Shown here piece by piece: positions 53,880-64,000 of a DNA stretch of 64,000 nt (the stretch's first letter is position 1; each line of letters opens with the position of its first letter). The position numbers and the translations under genes were made by a program. Source of the DNA: Felis catus (taxonomy: Eukaryota). The notes under the pieces were generated by a model. It worked only from the letters and a program-made list of their open reading frames with translations, was not told the origin of the DNA and made no database searches. The stretch is taken from assembly GCF_018350175.1 (NCBI RefSeq), contig NC_058377.1:62000001-62064000 (forward strand), written 5' to 3'.

Positions 53880-54821
53880 TCACTGGGACCTCAGGGGACA
53901 GAGCAGATGGATGACTTTGTCCCAGATCTGTTTGGTCTTTACTCCATAGACGATAGGATTGAGTGCAGGTGGGACGACTATATAGAGGTTGGCAAAGATG
54001 ATGTGAAAGGTACGAGAGACGTTACGCCCAAAGCGATGTGCGAGGATGGAGAAGAATGCTGGTATATAAAACATGAGGATGACACAGACATGGGAAGCAC
54101 ACGTGCCAAGGGCCTTGTGGCGGGCGCCCTGGGAGGGGAGGCGGAAGACGGCACAGAGGATCAGGATGTAGGAGACAGCAATTAGGATCACATCCGAAAT
54201 CACCGTCATGATGGGAACACCAAAGCCATACCAGATGTTGACGGAGATGTCAGCACAGGCGAGCCGGGCAACACCTATGTGCTCACAGTATGTGTGCGGT
54301 ATGATGCGTGTCCTGCAGAAGGGTAGACGATTTGCAAGGAAAACACATGGAACTATAACACAGAAGCTTCTGAAGGAGATTCCCACAATAATTTTGGCAA
54401 TGGTCCTGGGGGTCAAAATAGTGGTGTACCTCAGGGGAGAGCAGATGGCCACGTAGCGGTCAAATGCCATGGCCAAGAGTATAGCCGAGTCCAGCACAAA
54501 GCTGTAGTGCAGAAAGAATAACTGGGTCAGACAACCAGGAAAACTGATTTTCTGGGGACCAAGCCAGAAGATGGTAAGGGTTTTGGGGACACAAGTGGTA
54601 GACAGTATCAGATCTGTCATGGCCAGCATGGAAAGGAAAAAGAACATGGGTGCATGAAGACTATGTTCCACAGCAATGAGGTAGAGAAGGATACTATTGC
54701 CCACAATGGCCGCGAGATAGATAAAGCAGAAGGGGATGCTGATCCAGACGTGGTACTGCCCGAGGCCAGGGATGCCCAAAAGGGTGAAGTCACCTGTGTG
54801 GTCGCTACTCAGGTTGTACAT
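53880..54821 (-). CDS. Olfactory receptor, OR52H subfamily paralog (OR52H2-like), intact, 313 aa
   Basis: MYNLSSDHTGDFTLLGIPG..LHAPMFFFL..MAFDRYVAICSPLRY..PHTYCEHIGVARLAC..KALGTCASH..PPALNPIVYGVKTKQI; highly similar to the neighbouring OR52H1. Confidence 0.92.
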   Translation of the reverse strand: MYNLSSDHTGDFTLLGIPGLGQYHVWISIPFCFIYLAAIVGNSILLYLIAVEHSLHAPMFFFLSMLAMTDLILSTTCVPKTLTIFWLGPQKISFPGCLTQLFFLHYSFVLDSAILLAMAFDRYVAICSPLRYTTILTPRTIAKIIVGISFRSFCVIVPCVFLANRLPFCRTRIIPHTYCEHIGVARLACADISVNIWYGFGVPIMTVISDVILIAVSYILILCAVFRLPSQGARHKALGTCASHVCVILMFYIPAFFSILAHRFGRNVSRTFHIIFANLYIVVPPALNPIVYGVKTKQIWDKVIHLLCPLRSQ

Positions 54822-55734
54822 GGCCGGTGTGATTTGATGAATAGATTCTGTATCTGAAAAACAAATTGTGTATAACGAACCTGAAAAAAACTGTAAGGTA
54901 ATTCTTCCTCCTTCTTTCTATCTGTTAAGAAAGAACCTCCTACTGCTAGCAAGACCAATGCTTAGGTCTTTAAGACGGATTCCCCAGACATGATACTCCT
55001 GGTAGTAGTCACTCAATCACTCTGGAATCTTCTTCATATAGTGTAAAATATTATTGCCGTGTTAATAATGTGTTAATAATTATTGCCGTGTTAATAATTA
55101 TTCTATTATTTTTTGTTATACAATCTAAAACTCTGAGTGATGATATTATCTAAGATCTCATCTCTAGTAACTGGCCAAGCTAGCATTATGACAGTCCTCA
55201 GTTAATATTCCTTTATGCTGTGGTACCATGCTAGGCGATTGCCTCAGGTGACACACTGTGAGATGCCAAGGACCGAGAAGAGGCATGGGTTGTAGAGAAG
55301 ACAGTAAGGAAAAGCCTAACACCCAAACTGCAGTGTGTCCAGAACACTAACCCTACACTGATTGCACTTACTCTCCTGATATCCCTTATACTAAAGCACT
55401 TGGCATTTGCAGACGAGAATGTTCCTGAGACTGATGTTTGGTGCCTCACCAGAACTATATGGAAGCAGATACACGGCTCAGCCTCCAGATCCCTCTTAGG
55501 ATTTACTGAGGAAATCGGTTCAAGTGTTCTTTTCTTTGTCATTAAATATGTATTTATATTATTACGTTTTAAAATAATATTTTAAGAGGTTAACTTATAT
55601 GTAAGAATGTTGTAGTTGACATTTGTCATTTTAGCCCATTTATCATCATTGTTTCCTAGAATAAGAAAAAAGAATCTTTTTAATGTTTTGAATGAAATAA
55701 ACTATCAACAATAACAGTATGATATAAGCAGCGT

Positions 55735-55945
55735 TATTTATTTATTTATTTACTTACTTACTTACTTATGAGAGAGAGAGACCTCAAGCAGGGAAGAGGG
55801 GCAGGGGGAGAGAGGGAGAATCTTAAGCAGGCTCCAAGCTCAGTGTGGAACCCAATGCAGGGCTGGACCCCATGACCCTGGGATCATGATCTGAGCTGAA
55901 ACCAGGAGTCCAACAACTTAACTGACTGGGCCACCCAGGCACCCC
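55735..55945 (-). mobile_element. Older CAN-SINE
   Basis: (ttta)n tail then ...ttaactgactgggccacccaggcacccc. Confidence 0.85.
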
Positions 55946-56544
55946 TAAGTGGCATTATTTTACCCCTTTTATAGAGACTAACGTAGAAAATAAATGGTCT
56001 ATTTGAGTAAGACCCAAACCCAGATACTTCTTATTTCAAATTGTGTGTTTTAAACTATTCTATCATACTTCTTTCTCAAACTATGCATATGTGGTTTAAA
56101 AAAAGGAAAGGGGAAAACAAAACAAAACAAAACAAAACTCCTGAAGACATGTATTCATAGAAAGTGATTGAGGGCCCTCTAGTGGAAGAAATATAAAATT
56201 GCTACCTTCTGAATACCAGGTCAAGATCAAAGCCAGCAAACTTCCATAACGAAACTAATATTTTTGGAAACCTCTACAATTTACGCAAGTCTGAAGTTCT
56301 TTACGTGAAATGACTTCCATAATCCTCTTAAAACCCTATGACACAGGTAATAATGTTACCTACAGTTTGAAGCTGCAGACACTGAGGCACAGAGAAGTTC
56401 AGTAACCCGCCAAAGGCCACATGCATGACAAGCAAATGGTAGAGCTCCACATTAAACACAGGTCTTTTCATAGACTTTCTGGGATAAAGGAAATCTTCTA
56501 TAGAGCATATGGCAAATGGCACGTACGTGATATCTGTAGAGCAG

Positions 56545-56930
56545 AAGATCGAAAATTAGGTCACATAGAGAAAACACAGACCAATATCGTATGATCTTCC
56601 AGACAAATGCTCTGTGTGCGATCTAAAACAACCAACACAACAATACAAAAGCTTGGAACTAGTAGACACACAGAACATATTTGTGAGAAGAGGTGGTGGA
56701 GGTAAGTGAAATGGGTAAAGGTAGTCTAATGCATGAATTTTCCAGTTATTCACTAGATGAGTCGTGGGAGTGGAATGTACAGCATGGTGACTCTGGTTAA
56801 TAATACGTATTGTGTGTTTGAAACTTGCTAAGAGCCTACGTCTTCATCGTTCACATCACAAGGAAAAAATTCACAATCGTGTGGTGATGGATTTTAACTT
56901 GACATATTGTGGTGATCATTTTGCAGCAAG
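56545..56930 (+). mobile_element. Ancient L1 (L1M-type) 3' end
   Basis: gtacagcatggtgactctggttaataatacgtattgtgtgtttgaaacttgctaagag...tgtggtgatcattttgca resembles old L1 3' termini. Confidence 0.65.
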
Positions 56931-56949
56931 TTTACCGGTTGTCACTCAC

Positions 56950-57592
56950 TTACCCCAACCTTTGCCCTAAACTTAATATAACACCTCTTGGATGCTTTAT
57001 CTTGTTGCTATAAATTGAGTACTTGATTCTGGGGTGGGATCTTGAAGTACTGTAAGTTAGAACTCACCTGCCTTCTACATCACACACGTAGTTAGTTTCT
57101 CAACAACCTTGAGCCCTCCAGGGCACTTTCTTTTTCACTCATTTCATTCAGTATCCCCTTGTCACTGCATTCCTCTTTTCTAGGCTAAATTCTGATTCAT
57201 CACGTCAAGCACTCTCTTACACATATTTGGCGTGCCCTTGCTCCACTGACCTTCCATCACCTAAAAATGCAAAACTCAATTTCTAGATTCACCGACATAA
57301 TAAGCACTCTAGGACATGAAGGAAAGATGCTTCCTGACCAGGAATATTTGTATTCCCATAATTTCATCCTAACCAATATTCACTTCACCCCCAATGCCCG
57401 ATGACCCAACAACATGATCTTGTTCAGCTCAATCTCCCTAGATGATTTTGTCCCTACTTTACTCCAAGCACATCCACTAACTCCAAACCTCTCTTTCTCA
57501 AGGGAAAATCTTTTATTTTAATTCACAGAGAAATTTGAAGCTATTAGATATGATATTGTGCAAGACAGTCCTCACATCTACATATATATGTA

Positions 57593-57633
<41 letters not shown>

Positions 57634-58400
57634 ACCGTTCTTCTTATTATAAATGGAAAACTATCCTTCTTGTATCTGACCCAAAACAAACCCATCTCTA
57701 TATCATATCTTCCCAATCTTCATTAACCTTCATTCTCTTCTTGCTTCTAAGCTCAACCCAGCCTTTAAAAATTCTACTTCTTCAATATCTAAAACAACTA
57801 AACAACTAAAAACTTCAGCAAACAACTAAAGTGTGCTCAGATATTTTCTAGTCTACATTAATAGAAACAATTCTAATCTCTCATTCATAGCTAGATATGT
57901 ACTCTTCTCCACCACTTATATTCTTCTCATGTCCGGCTTACCCTTTCTCCCATATCAATCTCATTTCTGTCCTCATCTTTCCACCAGAGGGGCATCTACT
58001 AAGATCAACAGTGAAGTCCATGTCCCAAACTCAGTCCTTCCTGACGTCTCAGGAGCGTTTGACACTATTCACTATGCCCTCAATTTCAGAGAACATTGTA
58101 TCATCAACTCAGTGAAGGTGCATAGCCGTGATTCTCACTGCCCGCTCTGCTTTCTGTCCAATCTCACATGGTCTCCAGGCCTCACACAGCTCAGCATCCT
58201 CTCTGAGTCAGGAGTTGCCAAGGGACATGCCGAGGGGGTGGAAGTTGGATGCCTCTCCTCCTGAGCTCCAGGCAGAGCAACATCTCTGTGCTAAGGGCTG
58301 AAGTCCTGGGGCCTCTCCTATGTGCTACCGCATGCATAGTATCACCCTGTCGTGGGTCCCTTTCCGTGATCAGGACACCAATGCACAAAAAAGCTAGGGT
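56950..58400 (+). mobile_element. Ancient L2 fragment spanning the second duplication junction
   Basis: ctcagtccttcctgacgtctcaggagcgtttgacact resembles the L2 RT LDLSAAFDT region. Boundaries approximate. Confidence 0.5.
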
Positions 58401-61400
58401 CACACACAGCTGGGATACGGAACAAGGACCCCTGGATCCCAGTCCAGGACTGCTTCCTCTCCTGTAAGCCTTACCATGTTCCTCACTTGACAGCAATTTC
58501 CCTCTGGGCAGGAGAGGCCGCCTCTGCCACTCACACAGACTCTGCACATCATCTGGTCCTGGGTCTCACTTCCACGCTGAGGGTGTCCTCACTCTGACTC
58601 CATTCATACATGCACACCTTTGTACTGGCAGGGTCACTGGGGGCGCACAGACCTGCCTGCACCTGCTGCAGACTGAGACCCGTCCCCTTCCATCATCAAT
58701 GCCTCCGCCCCGTGGGTTCCAGGCCAGAGCCCGGGTCCTCCCTCGCCCTTTGCTATGGATCCTTCTCAGGGAGCCTCCCTGTCCTCAGAGTGGCTCACGT
58801 ACTGTGTCCTACCCAAGGGGCTTGAGGGACAAGTTTCCCCTCCAGGGAAGAGCAGAACAAGAACATAGTAAATGTGGCTGGCAGCAGTAAGACAAAAAGA
58901 AGGCAGAAGGGAAGAGTTCCAGAACTGAACTCTGGCAACATGAGTTCGCCACTATGAACCTGAATTGACTGAGCACTTTGAACCTCCATTTAATCAGAAT
59001 TTGACATGCCACCCTGATTGTGGAGGGGAGAGGAATGAGAGGGAAAGCCAGCACAAAGGTCCATTTTTCTTGTTCCCAGTATTCCCACGTCAGCACAGCC
59101 GTTTAGATCTAGAGAGGGCTCCGAGGCCGTGTTATCTCGGTTCAAACCCTAATTATTCCACAAACGAGCTGTGTGACTTTGTACAAGATGCTCAACTGCT
59201 CTATGCCTTTATTTCTTTTACCTAAACTAGGGATAAGAATAAAGGCACCAACAGTACAGGAATCCTTGAAGGATAAATAAATAACATGTAAAGCAGTTCT
59301 CCCTGGATGACAGTGAATCCCCATACATGTCAAATAATATGGACATAATTATTTGAAGCACTTGTATTGTTTCTTGAGCCCGTTCCTACTGAGCTCCTTT
59401 CCAGTGAGATCATAGCTCTCAACTTTATCATCTGAACATCCACCCTTTAAATTACCTTAAAAAAAAATAAAACAAACCCCAAACTGTGAGTTGGAGACTG
59501 AAGGAAGTGTATCTGAAAGCAATGTGATCCCATGTAAGGAAAAAATAATGGCTAAAAGACCGCGTAGAGTATCAGATTAGACGGCATCAACCAAAGAAAG
59601 AACCTTCTTGCAGGACGGAGCCAATAAAAGGGGGCTGAACACAAGACTGCTTCCACATAAAAAAGAATGTGGTGGTGCTGTCCTCTAATCCCTACTCCTG
59701 GTCCCCAGCCCACACTTTCCACATTTTTCTGACCCAGAAAGGGTGAGACGGGGTTGCTGATACCTCACCCTCAGTTCTGAAACTTAACGGCCACGGTGGC
59801 CTCTGCCTCGTGCTCTCCTTTGCACCCCCAAGTTGTTCTCTGAAAAAGAGTCTGAACCACCTATTTCCGTCAGGACAAAGAGGCTTCTCAGACCATCCCA
59901 TGGGGATGGGCATTTTAGCAGCACCTTCAGTGCTTGGCTCACTGTGGGATAAATCCAGGTAGATCACAGGGAGGAGACCTTTTCAGGAGCCCCACACCCT
60001 GTCTAGGGGGTGCCTGATCTCGGCTGATGAATTCCTGCTGCTGAGGGGTCGGGAGCTCTCACCTCTCTGCTGCAGAGGTGCGATTAGAGACGAGGAAGGG
60101 CATCCAGCCTCCACGTACCCAGTGCTGCCTCAGTCCCTACTGCTCCAGCTGGTCCATTCAGGAGTCAGTGCACTGGTGACCAGGGAGACTCCACGGGGAC
60201 TCCCGGGGCAAGCCTGGGGGAGAGCAGGGATGGGTAGGATGGATTTATGGGTCGCTTCTCGGGGCCCTCGGGAGGGCTTGGACCCTGCATCCCTGGTGGG
60301 GGATTGAGAAGCTGCTGGTCACAGCTGTGCACTGTTAATGAGGAATTAGCAGCGGTCTGCAGTCCTGTCTGCCGACTTTCCTGGTCCCAGGTCTCTATAC
60401 CTGACGGGCTCCTGGGCTCAGGACCCAGGAGAGGAAGAGACCAGGCAGGACCACTGGAAGGGGCACAGAGAACTCAGATGGAGACGTGCCTCGCCACACA
60501 CAAATAACACACCCGAGTGCCACCCAGACACGGGCCGTCATCGTCACTTGGCATCCTTTCTGCCCCCCAGCCCTATAAACAGACAAAGAAGTGTGATGGG
60601 AAGAGCCTGGGCTGTTGAGTCCTGCAGACGGGGAATGATTAAGGCTCCACTACCAGACAGCCTGCAGCAAGTTACTTAAGATTTCCGACCCCAGTGTTTT
60701 CCTTTGTACAATGAGGATTCCCGGATCTTCCCAAACAGGTGATGTGAAGATGAGCAGCGAGCGTGGAGCCCCAGCAGGTGCCTGTGTTAGGACAGCAGAC
60801 ACCACATCAGTCAAGGCCGTGGCTTGCAGAGTCAGCTGAGGAAAACTGGCCTGCTGGGCCCACATGGGGTCCTGCCCGGCCCTTCCTTTCACAACATAAT
60901 TCCTTTCACAACATCGCCCCTCCCTCAAAAGTGCCCTCCCTTCCACGTAGCAGGGCCTGAGAGGATGCGGTAACGACAGGTCTTTCACGGTATTTCCTCC
61001 ACGGCGTGGATTTTTTTGGAGACCTAGTTTGAATGAATTGTTTTCTGTTCACACTGTCACAGAACAAACTTACAGGTTATCAAAACAATTCTCTACTATT
61101 GTAAAAGTGTCTTTTAATATTCTAGAACAGTCCAGTAACCGCCTCTCATGTCCAGCCTTTCCCTTGTGGAGTCATTGTGGGTGCGTTGTAACGGGAACTC
61201 TAAAAGCAGCTGTTGATATAAGGCGAGGGACTGTCAACAGCGAGCCCACTGTGCAAACATGGTGATTTCTTCCTAAGAGTCCTAAATGAGGAATCCACCC
61301 TGCACTTGTGGTTGCCGTAGGCCGGCTGCCCATTTTGCAATGACAGCACGGCACCACATGTTTGGGAACTGGGTCATGTTACAGAAGCCAACTCACAGAG

Positions 61401-64000
61401 CAAATAAAGCTTTAAAGTATTTTTCGTTGCCCAACATCATAATTTTATTATATGTGTGATTTGCACATAGCAGTGACTTGAAGGAGGAGTTATTCTTTCT
61501 AAAGTTGCCAACAAACCCAACTAACTCTGAACTGATATAAAACTATGAAGGATACAAATACCAACAAAGGCTTTACGTTTGGTGTCGAAGTTGTTCTGAT
61601 GGAACAGTGGCAGCAATGGACAAGAACTGCAGTGCTAACAAGATTGTAACAAGCTTACATCAGAAGTCTTGTTAGGAAAAATGGAGCAGCTAAACAGAAT
61701 AAGGAATAAGAATGGGGAATTGTAAAAATGTGTTAACTCCAGATGACTGTCTTCCTTGTGTGATAGCCCCGAAGCTGATTAAAACCACAGCGGATGGGGC
61801 GCCTGGGTGGCTTGGTCGGTTAAGCGTCCGACTTCGGCTCAGGTCATGATCTCACGGTCCGTGAGTTCGAGCCCCGCGTCGGGCTCTGTGCTGACAGCTC
61901 GGAGCCTGGAGCCTGTTTCGGATTCTGTGTCTCCCTCTCTCTCTCTGCCCCTCCCCTGTTCATGCTCTGTCTCTCTCTGTCTCAAAAATAAATAAACATT
62001 AAAAAAAAAAAAACACAGCAGAGTGACTGTTATTTTTTAATGCCTTATAAAATAGTTTTAAACTTTTTTTTAGTTTATTTTTTTCAAATTTATATCCGAA
62101 TTAGCTAGCATGTAGTGCAACAATGATTTCAGGAGTGAATTCCTTAATGCCCCCTATGCATTTAGCCCTTCCCCCCTCCTACAGCCCTTCCAGTAACCCT
62201 CTGTTTGGTCTCCATATTTATGAGTCTCTCCTGTTTTGTCCCCCTCCCTGTTTTTATATTATTTTTTCCCTTCCCTTATGTTCATCTATTTTGCCTCTTA
62301 AAGCCCTCATATGAGTGAAGTCATATGATTTCTGTCTTTCTCTGACTAATGTCACTTAGCATAATACCCTCTAGTTCCATCCACGTAGTTGCAAGTGGCA
62401 AGATTTCATTATTTTTGATTGCCAAATAATACTCCATTATATATGTATACCACATCTTCTTTATCCATTCATCATCGATGGACATTCGGGCTCTTTCCAT
62501 ACTTGAGCTATTGTTGAAAGCATTGCTATAACCATGGGGGTGCGTGTGTCTCTTCGAAACAGCACACCTGTATCCCTTGGGTAAATACCTAGTAGTGCAA
62601 TTGCTGGGTCGTAAGATAATTCTATTTTTAGATTTTTAGGACATATTAATTTTTAAAATGTTTTAAATTAAAAAAAATTTACTTTAACATTCCATACAGA
62701 TTTAGCTGAGAGACATAAATGTCAATAATACACCATTACTGATGAATCTCTAAGTAACCATAATTAATATCTCTATGCAATTATTTTAATCAACACATTG
62801 GCTCTTAGAGATATGCATATATACCTACTTAAAGAATTATAAAATTCAATGGACATTTGAATTTCTATGTATTTTTTGTAATCATCAAATAGGTAGTGAG
62901 ATAAACTTGCAGTTCCATTTAGAATTTAGAAATATTTGATTTTATTTTTTAAATTGAGTTTTTTACCTGTTGAATTTTATTTATTTATTTATTTATTTAT
63001 TTGAAAGTATAGGTTCAAAGTGGCAGGTATATAACATAAAAATCTCCAACTGCCTCCTTACCTCTAAGACAGACATTGAAATCTATTCCATTCCTCATTT
63101 TTAATAAGCCCTACATTATTCTTCTGAGCACAAACCTACATTTAGTTGTCATTTTCTTACAATATAAGACATAAGTACACTATCCGGTCTAGGTACAGTG
63201 TGCAAGTGTCTGGCTAAGGTGCGGGTAAACAGGACGGTGGGGTGACTAGGCATCGAGAGCTAAAATATAAGAGGCAACACAATGGAATCACAGACAGCTT
63301 GAGAATGGTCACATGTGGAAAGTTTGGAGGAGAGGGTTTAGAGAGACACATTCATGGATCCCTATATCTGTAGAATACAGCTCTAAATTCTGATGATGGG
63401 ATAATAAGACGGTTTCATCCCCCATTGATAAGGTCAACGTATTTTATATTTAATATAAGGGATGGGGAATTTATAAAAACAACGTATAGGAAACGATAAC
63501 TTACGTATGAGAAAGTTACCTGCTGATATTTGCATAATTATTGTCTTTTAAATCCAACCACAACACATAATTTCATTCCTAGTCTGACACTGGAACGGAA
63601 TGTTTGCAGCCAGTGTCACCACAAAGAGCCATTGGGGCAGCCGGGGAGGAGATCGGACCTTGAGGGAAGAGAAACACCAGACTTAACCTGTTTTTTCCTC
63701 CAATGCACAGTACAGTGGAGGGAGGATTTTAAATGACAATGATGAGCTCAGAGTTGCACATGCTGCTGAGATTCTGCTTCCAGATGAGAACGGCAGTGGT
63801 AATTAGTCAACTACTAACCTGACATTAGATTAGTATTTTACAGTCTGCTATCCACGTTGATCTACATTTTTCATGTACTCCTAATACCAAGCCTATGAAG
63901 TAGGAAAACACACTGAGATTTATCAGGATGCTCTTTTGAAAACTGAGATAGAGAGTTACCAGAAAAGAGGCCATAAGTCACAGAAATAAATGAACTGTCC
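58162..64000 (+). repeat. Segmental duplication, copy 2 (runs off the window end)
   Basis: Differences seen only at 58188, 58282 and 60236 (A versus G in copy 1). Confidence 0.98.

Noticed and set aside
55051-55105. Short direct repeat ttattgccgtgttaataat
   Set aside because: Local slippage duplication; no spacer structure or other sign of function.

Overview
Mammalian genomic DNA, almost certainly from a felid (many SINEC_Fc-type CAN-SINEs and carnivore L1s). It is orthologous to the human 11p15.4 segment UBQLN3 - UBQLNL - OLFM5P - class I olfactory receptors. All genes lie on the minus strand: UBQLN3, a full-length UBA-containing UBQLNL, a 7-exon olfactomedin-4-like gene (OLFM5) reconstructed by hand, and three intact family-52 olfactory receptors (a divergent OR52V-like gene, OR52H1 and an OR52H paralog). 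The most notable observation concerns OLFM5. One coiled-coil exon is dead (two stops and no GT donor), but it is phase 0-0. The other six exons are intact and splice into a clean 440-aa secreted protein, and a full-length antisense L1 sits about 145 bp upstream of the dead exon. Other observations: a near-identical duplication (32310-38148 repeated at 58162-64000, offset 25,852 bp), gene-conversion-like tracts between the OR52H paralogs, a TSD-bounded L1 3' transduction, and nested L1/SINE insertions. No prokaryotic-type systems, RNA genes or CRISPR arrays were seen.
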